DNA of 32,276 nt. Source: Hyphomicrobiales bacterium (lineage in GTDB: Bacteria; Pseudomonadota; Alphaproteobacteria; Rhizobiales; Hyphomicrobiaceae). The stretch lies in assembly GCA_017304275.1 (NCBI GenBank), contig JAFKKW010000458.1, forward strand, positions 1 to 32,276, written 5' to 3'. The translations under genes were made by a program, and so were the position numbers. This document shows positions 17,947 through 28,008 of this stretch, one piece after another. The notes below the pieces were generated by a model. That model was not told the origin of the DNA. It worked only from the letters and a program-made list of their open reading frames with translations, and did not search any database. The stretch's first letter is position 1, and every line of letters starts with the position of its first letter.

Positions 17947-19460
17947 TGCAGGACCTTGCGCCCGAGAAAAAGACCCGCAAGCGTCCGTTCCTGCCGCCGC
18001 CGTTCGTGCGCGCGATGCTGGCGGGACATTCGGCCCTCGGCATCGCCTTCGCAGCCCTGATCTACATCGTCTGCCTGACCGGAACGCTGACCGTCTTCAT
18101 GCACGAGCTAAAGCGGTGGGAGCAGCCGGACGCGCCGCGGATCGAGGAGGGCTTGACGGCGGAAGCCGCAGCCAACGCCGTCGAGAGCACCTATCGCAAG
18201 GCCCTTGCCCTCAACGCAGCCCACGACGTCTTCGTCATGGGTCCGAGCAGCACCCAGCAGCGGCTCCTCGCCAACTTCCACGACCATGACTCGGGCGTCG
18301 AAGGCCACTGGCTCGGCGATGCCGCCGGCAACCTCGTCGTCGAGGAGCATGCGCCCTGGGCGGAGTTCATTACCGACCTGCACATCCGCCTGCATCTCCC
18401 GAACACCTGGGGCCTGTTTCTCGTCGGCCTCACAGGCGTCGCACTGCTCTCGTCGCTGATCTCGGGCCTGCTCTCGCACCCGCGCCTGTTCAAGGATGCG
18501 TTCGCGCTCAGATGGGGCGGCTCGCGCCGCCTGCAGGAAGCGGACCTCCACAACCGGCTCGGCGTCTGGGGACTGCCCTTCCACGTCGTCGTCTCGACGA
18601 CCGGCGCCCTGCTCGGGCTCTCGACCTTGATCGTCGGCGTGCTGGCACTGGCTGCCTACGACGGCGATTCCGAGAAGGCGTTCGCGACCATTCTCGGACC
18701 GCTCCCGACGGCGGACGAGACGGCCGCGCCGGTCCCTGACATCGCCGCCATGATCCGCACCGTACGCGCCGAGCATCCCGATGCGGAATTCGCCAGCGTA
18801 TTCATCCAGCACATCGGCAAGGCAGGCCAGGCCGTGAACCTCGGCATGAAAACGCCCGGCCACCTCGCCATGTCGAACGCCTACTATTTCGACGGCGCCG
18901 GCAAGCCGCTGGGCGACGGGGGCCTCGAGACGGGGACCATCGGCCAGCAGATCCTCGGCGCCCTGCAGCCGCTGCATTTCGGCTGGTTCGGCGGCTTCGC
19001 CGTCAAGATCGCGTACGGCATCCTGGGGCTGGCGCTGACCGTCGTGACGCACAGCGGCATCACCATCTGGCTTGCCCGCCGCCGCGAGCGGGGTCGCCCG
19101 GCCCCGCACTGGGAGAAGGTCTGGACGGCGCTGGCCTGGAGCCAGCCCCTCGCCTTCGCGGCCGCCGCCCTCGCCATCTTCGCCGCGAGCGAGGCCTTCG
19201 CCGTCCCCGTCTACCTCGCGACGACGATCGTCTGCATGCTCGCCTCCCAGACCGCAGGCGAAGCCCGGACCGTGAGCCGCATCGTCCGCGTGCTGGCAGG
19301 CCTCTCCATCGTCGCCACCGTGTTCGTCCACGGCCATGCGCTGTGGGATCGCATGCAGGATCCGGCGGCTCTCTGGGTCAGCGGCACCATGACCGCGATC
19401 GGCCTCGTGCTGCTCGCTTCAGCCCTCGTTCCCATGCTCGCATCCCGGACCCGCGCTTAG
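17946..19460 (+). CDS. PepSY-associated TM helix domain protein (ferric-siderophore reductase-like)
   Basis: HSALG..LTGTL, LHIRLHLP, DLHNRLG, LHFGWFGG: conserved His pattern of PepSY_TM proteins. Downstream of a TBDR. Confidence 0.9.
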   Translation: MQDLAPEKKTRKRPFLPPPFVRAMLAGHSALGIAFAALIYIVCLTGTLTVFMHELKRWEQPDAPRIEEGLTAEAAANAVESTYRKALALNAAHDVFVMGPSSTQQRLLANFHDHDSGVEGHWLGDAAGNLVVEEHAPWAEFITDLHIRLHLPNTWGLFLVGLTGVALLSSLISGLLSHPRLFKDAFALRWGGSRRLQEADLHNRLGVWGLPFHVVVSTTGALLGLSTLIVGVLALAAYDGDSEKAFATILGPLPTADETAAPVPDIAAMIRTVRAEHPDAEFASVFIQHIGKAGQAVNLGMKTPGHLAMSNAYYFDGAGKPLGDGGLETGTIGQQILGALQPLHFGWFGGFAVKIAYGILGLALTVVTHSGITIWLARRRERGRPAPHWEKVWTALAWSQPLAFAAAALAIFAASEAFAVPVYLATTIVCMLASQTAGEARTVSRIVRVLAGLSIVATVFVHGHALWDRMQDPAALWVSGTMTAIGLVLLASALVPMLASRTRA

Positions 19461-19477
19461 CGAGCCCGGAATGAAAG

Positions 19478-19507
19478 TGGAGCCGCTCACATCAGTGAAC
19501 GGCTCCA
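19478..19507 (-). terminator. Probable terminator of the autotransporter gene
   Basis: TGGAGCCGCTCAC-ATCA-GTGAACGGCTCCA. The single mismatch is a G-U pair on the - strand, and the hairpin is followed by CTTTCATT on that strand. Confidence 0.6.
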
Positions 19508-19554
19508 GGCAAGCACAAGACAATCCGATAGGAATGAGTGAGACGGGGGTTGTC

Positions 19555-22476
19555 CTACCAGTTCACCTTGAGCCCTCCCGTGCCTTGCCAGCCTTCCACG
19601 TCTCCGAAGTGATACTCGCCGGAACCGTAGAAGCTCAGCGCGTTGGCGAGCTTGGCCGTGACGCCGCCACCCGCCGAGTACCAGGTGCCGCTCACGTCGC
19701 TGACGAACTCGACATCGCTGATCTTGCTCTGGTTGGAGCCCTCGAACTCCGAATAGACGTTGAAGATCGCGTAGGGCGAGATGAGCCCGCCGTCAGCCTG
19801 CACGATGTTGGCCTGCAGTTGCACGCCGAGACGCCCGATCAGGCTTTCGGAGGTGCCGTAGTGCGCCTGCACGCCGTAGCTGTCCTCGAAGCCGTCGATG
19901 GTGAGGCTCGTATAGGCGAGCTGCGCCTGCGGTTGCACGACAAGCCCGCCGACACCGAACCCGTAGCCGACTTCACCCGACGCCGTCAGCGCGTCGCCGT
20001 CGGCCGAGCTGTGAACCCCGCGCGCCGAGGACGACATGCCGAAATCGATGAAATCGGCTTTGACGACCGTGTCGACATAGAGACCGGTGCCCGGCCGTCC
20101 GAGCTCGTAGTAGGTGGCATAAGCGCCACCGCCCCACGCATCGGCATCGACGGACGATTTCGAGGCTTGTCCGAAGATGACGGCGTCGACACCGGCATCC
20201 GCCTTGCCGTAGCTGCCGAAGATGCCGACGGCCAGCCGCGCACTCGAATCGCCGGCGATCACGCCGCCGAGGCCGCCCGTCACGCCACTGCTCCGCTGCG
20301 AGAAATCGTAGCCTTCCTTGGCATCCACATCGACGTCCGAGAAGCTGCCGCGCACCCAGATCAGACCGTCGGAGCTCGTCGCTCCTGCGTTCTGACCGTT
20401 CCGGATCTCGCCGAGCCGCTTGTAGAGCGTATCGAGACCGGCGGAGACGAGCCGCTGCCCGACCGACGGCGCGGAAACATAGGCTGGCACCTGATCGAGA
20501 ATATCGGACTGCAGCAACACCTCGTCCTCGTTCACGCGCAGGACATAAGCGAAGCCGCCACCAATGACCTCCTGACGGCCCGAGAGCGCGTTGACGGCAA
20601 GCTTGAAGGCATCCGGATCGAAGTCGTCGCCTGCGACGATGACGATGCCGTCGTTGTCGCCCTGCCCGGTGAAGCCGCCGTTACCACCCGCGTTGTTGAT
20701 GTAGATGGTCGTCGTGCCGGCAACCGTGCCCTCGAGGACCAGCTTATCGGTCTCCGAGTCGCTGTCGCCGAGCGCGGTATCGAGTGCCAGCTTGCCGTTG
20801 TTCCCGATCGAGATGTAAGTGCCCTCGACGGTAACGGTGTCGCCGGCCGTACCGGTGACCATCGACAGCGTGCCGCCGTTGTTGAACGTGTCGGTTTCGA
20901 TGGTGAGCGAGATCGGCCCCCCTTCCTCTCCGCCATCGTCATCGTCGTCGTCATCGTCTCCGCCTGCACCGAAGGCACCGATCTGCAGGATGCCGCCGGT
21001 CGCGAAGGGAGCGTATTGCTCGAGCACTCCGTCGAAGAAGCCGGGCAGGCCCGAACCGCTCTGCAGCGTCAGCGTTTCCGTCTCGAGCTCAACCTCGAGC
21101 GGTCCATCGCCCTCGGGGAGAAGCTGGACGACCGACGTCCCGTCGACCGTCATGGCCTCGGAGAACTCCAGCTCCATGCCGCCGCCTTCATCCTCGATCT
21201 CGAAAGCGAGATGCGAGTACTTTGAAACGACGAGTTCTTCGAAATCCTCGACCTCGCCGAGCATCAGCTTGCTGCCGCCGGCAACGGCGCCGGTTCCGGT
21301 GACGGTCAGGATGTCATAGCCGCCGCCGCCCCCCAGCTCGGTGATCTCGCCACCCGCACCCTCCAGCTTGAGGTTGTGGCGACCATCTCCCATGTTGACG
21401 GCGCCGAGGAAGGTGAGCTTGTCGTCGCCGCCGCCAAATTCCAGCTCCGCGGTCTTGATGAGCATCATATGGTCGGCATTGGGGTTCGCCGGCGCGCTGG
21501 AGAGCAGGTTGTTGAGGTTCGAGGTGCTCAGCGTCGGGTCGGCGCCATTGGTGGCGTCGTTGGCCAGGTCTTGGAAGAAAGATGCGTCCTTGGAATTGAT
21601 TGGATCGATGATGAAGGTCCAGTTGGTCCATGCTCCCGTGGCGGAGCCGGTACCTCCATTTGCGACTTCGTCTATCCCAATTTGAAAGTTGCGACCGCCG
21701 AGTTCGAGTTCGCCCGCGTCATACACGCCGGACCGGAAGTAAATGGTCGGATCCTTGGGGGCATTGCTTGTAGCCGCGGTCCCGTTGCCGTTTTGGACTT
21801 CGATGCCTTCGCCCTGCGGCAGAAGAATATTGCCGCCGTCGAGCACGAACACCGCGTTCTGCGACCCGCGGTTGATCTCGATGCTGCCGCGGAAGTTGGG
21901 CCCCGGGCCCTGCTGGATCGTGCCGCCCATGAAGAAGAAGTAAGGATTCTGGCCCGAGCCGAGCTGCGCCTCGATACCGGTGAGCGTGCCGCCGAACATG
22001 AACATGCGGTCGGACGTATCGCCGACAGAGGCAGCACCGGTTCCCGGATTGAAGTCCGAGTTTGGCGGTGGCGTCACGTTGGTGCCGCCGTTGATGATGA
22101 TGAGGTCGTTACCGGCGCCCCCGCTGATGTTGCCGCTCAGCGTCGCGCCGGGGTTGATCGTCACCTTGTCGTTTCCGGTGCCCGCGGTGATCGCGCCGAT
22201 CTGGCCGCCATTCACCGTGATCGTGTCGCTGCCGTCGCCGAGGTTGATGGCACCCGTGCTTGCGGGAGCATTGACGACGAGAGTGTCGTCGGCGCCATCG
22301 CATGCAATGGACGCCGTGGTCCCGTTGAAAGTCCCGGTCGATCCCGTCCCCGAGCTGGTGGGTGTGCACGCGGCCATCGCCGGATGAGAAACCGAGAGAC
22401 TCAGAACGAAGGCCAGCGAGAGCGACCCTGCGGTCAGAGCAAATCGGCTGGAAGTCTTGAACGCAAAACGAGACAT
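19555..22476 (-). CDS. Autotransporter (type Va) with Gly/Thr-rich, acidic passenger
   Basis: Signal peptide, pertactin-like autochaperone (ALDTALGDSDSETDKLVLEG), beta-barrel (VQPQAQLAY, GRLGV), C-terminal W. GGAGG RBS before ATG 22476. Confidence 0.92.
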   Translation of the reverse strand: MSRFAFKTSSRFALTAGSLSLAFVLSLSVSHPAMAACTPTSSGTGSTGTFNGTTASIACDGADDTLVVNAPASTGAINLGDGSDTITVNGGQIGAITAGTGNDKVTINPGATLSGNISGGAGNDLIIINGGTNVTPPPNSDFNPGTGAASVGDTSDRMFMFGGTLTGIEAQLGSGQNPYFFFMGGTIQQGPGPNFRGSIEINRGSQNAVFVLDGGNILLPQGEGIEVQNGNGTAATSNAPKDPTIYFRSGVYDAGELELGGRNFQIGIDEVANGGTGSATGAWTNWTFIIDPINSKDASFFQDLANDATNGADPTLSTSNLNNLLSSAPANPNADHMMLIKTAELEFGGGDDKLTFLGAVNMGDGRHNLKLEGAGGEITELGGGGGYDILTVTGTGAVAGGSKLMLGEVEDFEELVVSKYSHLAFEIEDEGGGMELEFSEAMTVDGTSVVQLLPEGDGPLEVELETETLTLQSGSGLPGFFDGVLEQYAPFATGGILQIGAFGAGGDDDDDDDDGGEEGGPISLTIETDTFNNGGTLSMVTGTAGDTVTVEGTYISIGNNGKLALDTALGDSDSETDKLVLEGTVAGTTTIYINNAGGNGGFTGQGDNDGIVIVAGDDFDPDAFKLAVNALSGRQEVIGGGFAYVLRVNEDEVLLQSDILDQVPAYVSAPSVGQRLVSAGLDTLYKRLGEIRNGQNAGATSSDGLIWVRGSFSDVDVDAKEGYDFSQRSSGVTGGLGGVIAGDSSARLAVGIFGSYGKADAGVDAVIFGQASKSSVDADAWGGGAYATYYELGRPGTGLYVDTVVKADFIDFGMSSSARGVHSSADGDALTASGEVGYGFGVGGLVVQPQAQLAYTSLTIDGFEDSYGVQAHYGTSESLIGRLGVQLQANIVQADGGLISPYAIFNVYSEFEGSNQSKISDVEFVSDVSGTWYSAGGGVTAKLANALSFYGSGEYHFGDVEGWQGTGGLKVNW

Positions 22477-22853
22477 ATCCTCCCCCATCGACGGATGTTG
22501 GTGCTTGCAAGTCTGATTTTTGAGTTTTTGAAGCGGTTCGAACGCCTTAGCGCGCTACGACCCGCGTAGCCCTAAGGCCACGGCGGTCGACGCCACACGT
22601 CGGGAACGTTTGCTTGGATAGCTAGAACGGCTGGGCCGTTTGGAACGCAATACATCTTCCCCTCCCGCCGGAATTTTGCGTCACGCCTGGACCAGATATC
22701 CCGATCCGAAAGCCACGCCATCCCGTTGTTCGCGCGGTCTGTGAGAGAGTCCCCCCATGTCACAGAACACAATAACATTTCGCGCTAGAACACTGACGGA
22801 GCATTTCGGAACTGAGAATAGGAGATGTTCCCTTCGTAAGGTTTTGTAAGGAA

Positions 22854-22919
22854 GGTAACCAACGGGATGTTGCGCGTCGGATACAGAAACGCGGTAACCA
22901 AACCACGGTAACCAAACCA
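22854..22919. repeat. Direct repeats upstream of the autotransporter
   Basis: CGGTAACCAAACCA twice in tandem (22892-22905, 22906-22919), plus GGTAACCAA at 22854-22862. Confidence 0.7.
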
Positions 22920-23208
22920 CCGAGTCATCCTTTGTTGATCCGGCAATCTCCAGCCGCGCCTTCCCTTTCACCGTAGGCATGATGACCGGCTCCCGACCTG
23001 AAAGACCGGCAACTGCGACAATTCATTTTCGAAATCGGAAGGAGTCTTGTCGTACCTTCGAGCAGGTAATCTCGAGTCCACCGCCCTCCGTTCGGACCCG
23101 GCGGCCCCGCCATCGAGCACCCCTGATCATGCGACGGCGACCGCCGACGGCAGACAACGCCCGCCTTGCGCGACGATCCCGCCGCTCCTTCGCGTGAGGA
23201 GACGGAGA

Positions 23209-24921
23209 ATGGATGAGCCCGCACCGAGCCCGCTGAAGGCGCCACCGCCGACGTTCCGGGAACTGTTCACGCCGAAGCTCGTGACGCTGCTCCGGGATGG
23301 ATATGGCGCGCGCGATCTCACCGCGGATGCGATGGCCGGCCTGACCGTGGCGATTGTCGCCCTGCCACTTTCGATGGCGATCGCCATCGCCTCGGGCCTG
23401 TCGCCGGAAAAAGGACTGTTCACCGCCATCGTCGGCGGCTTCCTCATATCGGCGTTGGGCGGCAGCCGCTTTCAGATCGGTGGACCGGCCGGCGCCTTCA
23501 TCGTGCTCATCGCCGCCATCGTTGAGCGCCACGGCTACGAGGGGCTCGTCCTCGCCACCGCCATGGCGGGCCTGATGATGATGGCCGCCGGTTTCCTGCA
23601 AGTCGGCACTTACATCAAATACATCCCCCTGCCCGTCACAGTGGGCTTCACAGCCGGCATCGCCGTCATCATTCTCGCGAGCCAGGTCAAGGAGGTGCTG
23701 GGGCTCGACATCGCCACCGAGCCCGCCGCGCTGGCGCCGAAGCTCGCGGCCATATGGGCCGCACTCGGTACGATCAATCCGGCCGCTGTCGCGCTTTCGG
23801 CTCTGGCCGTTGGGCTGATCCTCGGCCTCAGGCGCCTGCGCCCGCACTGGCCCGGCATGCTGATCGCCGTCGGCGCGACGGCGATCCTGACCGCGCTGCT
23901 CGGCCTCGACGTGACCACCATCGGCTCTCGTTTCGGCGACATCCCGCGCACGCTGCCGCTGCCGTCACTGCCGTCGTTCGACCTCGCGAAACTGCGCGCG
24001 GTGCTCCCCGACGCCATCGCCATCGCGATGCTCGGTTCCATCGAGAGCCTGCTCTCGGCCGTCGTGGCGGACGGCATGACGGGCCGCAAGCATCGCTCCA
24101 ACTGCGAACTGGTGGCACAGGGCGTCGCCAACATCGCCTCCGTGACCTTCGGCGGCATGTGCGCCACAGGCACCATCGCGCGCACCGCAACCAACATCCG
24201 CGCCGGAGCCCGCACGCCGGTCTCCGGAATGCTGCACGCCCTCTACATCCTTCTGTTCCTCCTCGTCGCCGCGCCGCTCGCCGCTTACGTCCCGCTCGCG
24301 AGCCTCGGCAGCGTGCTCGTCGTCGTTGCCTGGAACATGGCCGAGCGGGAGGAATTCGCCAATCTGTTGAGAGCGTCCTGGGGCGACGCGACCGTTCTCC
24401 TGGCGACCTTCCTGCTGACGATCTTCGAGGACCTGACCATCGCCATTGCCGTCGGCGTGACGCTCGGCGCATTCCTGTTCATGCATCGCATGGCTGAGGG
24501 CGTGGAGGTCGCGACGGGCCGGCCGCTGGTCGCCGACGACGCGGCAGACGAGGCCGGCGCCTCAGCCGGCTACGAGCCGGCGGCGTATGGCGGCGACATC
24601 CTCGTGTATCGCATATCCGGCGCCTTCTTCTTCGCCGCAACCGCGACCGTCCGCGGTGTCCTCGACCGCATCGGCGAGCACCCGAAAATATTCATCCTCG
24701 ATTTCTCCGACGTGCCGCTCGTGGACAGCACGGCCGCAAAGTCCCTCGAAGGCTTCGTGAAGAAGCTCGACCGCGCAGGTACGAAGGTCTTCTTCACGTC
24801 CGCCCGCAGGGGCGTGCGCCGCACGCTGCTGCGCGCCGGCCTGCGCACGCCGCTTGTCACCTATGCACCGAGCATCGAGGACGCGGCCGAAGCCGCCCGC
24901 AAGTCCCCGTCCACGGGCTAG
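23209..24921 (+). CDS. SulP family inorganic anion transporter with STAS domain
   Basis: DAMAGLTVAIVALPLSMA, GGSRFQIGGPAGAF, IESLLSAVVADGM, TGTIARTATN, STAS motif VDSTAA; GGAG RBS. Confidence 0.93.
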   Translation: MDEPAPSPLKAPPPTFRELFTPKLVTLLRDGYGARDLTADAMAGLTVAIVALPLSMAIAIASGLSPEKGLFTAIVGGFLISALGGSRFQIGGPAGAFIVLIAAIVERHGYEGLVLATAMAGLMMMAAGFLQVGTYIKYIPLPVTVGFTAGIAVIILASQVKEVLGLDIATEPAALAPKLAAIWAALGTINPAAVALSALAVGLILGLRRLRPHWPGMLIAVGATAILTALLGLDVTTIGSRFGDIPRTLPLPSLPSFDLAKLRAVLPDAIAIAMLGSIESLLSAVVADGMTGRKHRSNCELVAQGVANIASVTFGGMCATGTIARTATNIRAGARTPVSGMLHALYILLFLLVAAPLAAYVPLASLGSVLVVVAWNMAEREEFANLLRASWGDATVLLATFLLTIFEDLTIAIAVGVTLGAFLFMHRMAEGVEVATGRPLVADDAADEAGASAGYEPAAYGGDILVYRISGAFFFAATATVRGVLDRIGEHPKIFILDFSDVPLVDSTAAKSLEGFVKKLDRAGTKVFFTSARRGVRRTLLRAGLRTPLVTYAPSIEDAAEAARKSPSTG

Positions 24922-24979
24922 CCGCTAGGGCTCCCGGGAGATGCCCAGCATCTCCACGGCGAACGTGCCAGATCCGCGC

Positions 24980-25411
24980 TCAGTCTTTCGCGACCGTAAG
25001 CGTCCAGGGATCGTAGCTACCGAAGCTCCAGGCGTGTCCTTCGGGATCGCGCACCGAATAGCTCCGGCCGCCGTAGCTTTCGCCGCGCGGCGCGATGATC
25101 GTCTCGGCGCCGGCGGCCGCCGCCCGCGCATAGTGCGCGTCGACATCGTCCACGACGACATAGATCGTCTGCGTGCAGCGGCCGTCGGCGCGCTCCGGCA
25201 GCGTCATCACTCTCTTGCCGAACTCTCCGCCCTGATCCGGCCCGATCATGATCATGCCGTTGCCGAAGCTAAGCTCGGCGTGGACGACCTGCCCCGCCTC
25301 GTCACGATAGACCGCATGCGCCTTGAACCCGAATGCGCGTACCAGCCAGTCGACCTCCGCATCGGCATCCTTATAGGCAAGGCACGGGATGAGAACGCTT
25401 CCATTTGGCAT
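24980..25411 (-). CDS. VOC/glyoxalase family (PhnB-like) protein
   Basis: LAYKDA, WLVRAFGF, HAELSFGNGMIM, DVDAHYARA, RDPEGHAWSFG. Confidence 0.9.
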   Translation of the reverse strand: MPNGSVLIPCLAYKDADAEVDWLVRAFGFKAHAVYRDEAGQVVHAELSFGNGMIMIGPDQGGEFGKRVMTLPERADGRCTQTIYVVVDDVDAHYARAAAAGAETIIAPRGESYGGRSYSVRDPEGHAWSFGSYDPWTLTVAKD

Positions 25412-25467
25412 CGCAGATGACACTCCGCTTGCGGATCGAGAGGCCTGAGAGTCGCAACGATCAGCGC

Positions 25468-26022
25468 CTACCCTTGTGGAGGAAGAAGATAGTTCTTCAG
25501 CAGGTAGTCGAGACTGCGCGACCACGACTCGTCCGTATTGCCACGAATGTCGACGCTATGGACGAAAACCATCTTCCGGGCTTTTACGTCCTCCATGTAG
25601 ACGTTCAGGTTGAGAATGAGGTTCGAAACCTTTTGGATGTTGATCCACGCGGCAATGTCGCCCCCGAGCGCTGCGGCGTAGTCGGCTTCGCAGCCCCCGC
25701 AGCTCCCCATGGGCTGGCCGGCGTCGATCTTGGCACGCGTCTCCGCCGGAACCGGAACGATCGTGTACAGGCCGGACGCCTGCAGGCGATCCTTGAACTG
25801 CTGCTCGATGTGGCGCAGACGCGCCGTCTCCTGCGCGCTCGTCGGCTCGTACATGCTGTTGTCGTTCTCGAAGCCGACGCCAAGGACGACGACCTTGCCG
25901 CTCTTCGGAAGCTGCAGCGTTGGCGCGGCGAACGCGCTGCCTGCGGCGGCCGCAAAGCACAGCGCAAGCGCGCACGCAATCCATTGCTGGATACGCCGCG
26001 CATGATCTGGATTTCGAAGCAT
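25468..26022 (-). CDS. Exported DUF3280/DUF2380-like protein
   Basis: Signal peptide, CGGCE, QKVSNLILNLNV and SVDIRGNTDESWSR motifs. Confidence 0.8.
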   Translation of the reverse strand: MLRNPDHARRIQQWIACALALCFAAAAGSAFAAPTLQLPKSGKVVVLGVGFENDNSMYEPTSAQETARLRHIEQQFKDRLQASGLYTIVPVPAETRAKIDAGQPMGSCGGCEADYAAALGGDIAAWINIQKVSNLILNLNVYMEDVKARKMVFVHSVDIRGNTDESWSRSLDYLLKNYLLPPQG

Positions 26023-26181
26023 GGGCTTCTCCGTTCGAACAATAACCGCCCGCCCCGACCCCGGCCGTTGCCGGCCTGATAAGGATGTCGGCACCCGTCC
26101 TCGGGCATTCAACCCTTGACGCGCGACGGATTCCGCGCGGACGGATCGTTCCCCCCACGGATCAGCACACGGGGCGTCGGA

Positions 26182-26915
26182 ATGTACGGATCAATCGCCA
26201 CAGTCGCATTCGTGGGCGTGGAGGCACGCCCCGTCGAGGTGCAGGTCCGCATCTCGCCGGGTCAGCAGGCCTTCGCCATCGTCGGCCTTCCCGATAAGGC
26301 GGTCGCCGAAAGCCGCGAGCGCGTGCGCAACGCCTTGCACGCCGTGGGTCTTGGCCTCCCCTACAAGCACATCACGGTCAATCTCGCGCCGGCCGACCTG
26401 CCGAAGGAAGGCAGCCATTTCGACCTCGCCATCGTGCTGGCTCTCATGGTCGCCATGGAGGCCGTCGCACCCGACGCGGTCGAACGCTACGCCGCCGTGG
26501 GCGAGCTGGCGCTCGACGGCACGATCCGCCCCATTCCCGGCGCGTTGCCCGCGGCCATCGGCGCCAACGCCATGCAGAAGGGCCTCATCTGCCCCGCCGA
26601 GTGCGGCCCCGAAGCCGCCTGGGCCGGCGAGGACGCCGACATCCTCGCCGCGCCGCACCTGCTCTCGCTCGTGAATCACTTCAAAGGGCTGCAGACGCTC
26701 GCCCGGCCGAAGCCGGCGCTCGCAGCGCGCGGTCCGGTCGCAGCGCTTGCGGACCTGCGCGACGTACGCGGCCAGGAGAACGCAAAGCGCGCCCTCGAGG
26801 TCGCCGCCGCGGGCGGACATAATTTCCTGATGATCGGCCCGCCGGGCTCCGGCAAATCCATGCTCGCCGCCCGTCTGCCGTCAATCCTGCCGCCGCTCTC
26901 GGCCGAGGAGATGCT
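26182..26915 (+). pseudogene. comM: ComM/YifB (Mg-chelatase-like AAA+ helicase), 5' fragment interrupted by IS
   Basis: [39 protein letters not shown], Walker A GPPGSGKS. Reads into the IS TIR and stops at 26928. Confidence 0.93.
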
Positions 26916-26943
26916 CGGCATTGCGTAGCAAACGCACCAAGTC
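26916..26943 (+). repeat. Left terminal inverted repeat
   Basis: CGGCATTGCGTAGCAAACGCACCAAGTC, the exact reverse complement of 31003-31030. Confidence 0.97.
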
Positions 26944-26983
26944 TCGACTGGATGGATCTTAGCTGATTTGCGACTCTGGGGGC

Positions 26984-27424
26984 ATGGCAGAGCCCCACGT
27001 CATATCCGCCCTATCCCGCAAGCGCGCCGAGTTGTCTGGTGACATCGAACGGTTGCAACGGGAACTGTCGGAAACCGTCTCCGCATTGGAGAAACTGGAC
27101 GCAACTCTGCTCCTGTTCGATCCGGCTTATGAGATCGCATCCATCCGTCCGAAAGCCTTCCGACCGCCAGAGGACTGGTCAAAGCGCGGAGAGATGACCC
27201 GGATCATTCTCGGGATCATGCGCAAGGCAAGTGAACCGCTCACGTCCGCCGACATCGCCGCTCAGTTGATCGCAGAGCGGGCGCTGGAACCAACGGACAA
27301 GCTGCAACGGTTGATGACCAAGCGCGTAGGCGTCGCCCTGCGTGGGCTTCGCGACCGGAGCATCGCCGTATCGGCCCCCGGTCCCGGCATGAGCGTCGTT
27401 TGGCAGCTAGCCGGACGCGAGTAG
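26984..27424 (+). CDS. IS passenger hypothetical protein (N-terminal coiled coil, probable C-terminal winged helix)
   Basis: Heptad-like ISALSRKRAELSGDIERLQREL, LDATLLLFDP, then PLTSADIAAQL...VGVALRGL. Confidence 0.75.
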   Translation: MAEPHVISALSRKRAELSGDIERLQRELSETVSALEKLDATLLLFDPAYEIASIRPKAFRPPEDWSKRGEMTRIILGIMRKASEPLTSADIAAQLIAERALEPTDKLQRLMTKRVGVALRGLRDRSIAVSAPGPGMSVVWQLAGRE

Positions 27425-27547
27425 GTAAACCAGACCGCACGCGACCAAGGCTAGAGCGAGCCAATACACCCATTCCCATTTGTTGGGCGGGGGATCGCCG
27501 TAGTCGGGGGATTTCTCGTAGCCTGACATTGCTGGCCCACCCAAATC

Positions 27548-27563
27548 TTAAGGGATCGTTAAC
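27548..27563. promoter_or_regulatory. CtrA-box consensus TTAA-N7-TTAAC
   Basis: TTAA GGGATCG TTAAC, about 100 bp upstream of the antitoxin start. Confidence 0.5.
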
Positions 27564-27663
27564 TAATTTGGGACAAATCTTGCAAATCGTGCAAAACGTA
27601 CGATATGTACGAATCGGAAGATTCCGTTTAAGCTTGCACAAACACTGGGGGCATACCGTCGTG

Positions 27664-28008
27664 ATGGAGCCAACCACATATACGGTTAGCGAGGCGAGAG
27701 ACAAACTAGCGGAAGTGATTGACCGCGTTACTTATACTGAGCAGCCGGCGGTCATCACTAAACATGGAAAGGACAAGGTTGCTCTTGTTCCGTATCGTTT
27801 GCTTGAGTTGATTACGCGTATCGAAGCCATGATGGACTTGGAGAAGGCCCAAGAGGCGTTGGACGATTTCAACGCCCGTGGAGGGATGAGCCTCGCCTCG
27901 TTCAAGCGTCAACTCCGCCTCGAGGAAGAGGCGTCGAACGTGGGGGGCAAGAGTGAAGTACGACGTTCACTTGGCACACGCCGCAATGCGCGAACTACGA
28001 AAGCTTGA
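27664..28008 (+). CDS. Type II antitoxin, Phd/YefM family
   Basis: TVSEARDKLAEVIDRV....PAVITKHGKDKVALVP is the Phd/YefM signature; lies directly upstream of a RelE-like gene. Confidence 0.9.
   Translation: MEPTTYTVSEARDKLAEVIDRVTYTEQPAVITKHGKDKVALVPYRLLELITRIEAMMDLEKAQEALDDFNARGGMSLASFKRQLRLEEEASNVGGKSEVRRSLGTRRNARTTKA

Noticed and set aside
19471-22569. Long + strand ORFs of 584 and 397 aa
   Set aside because: Antisense shadows of the autotransporter caused by GC-rich codon bias. The same applies to most other overlapping ORFs in the track.
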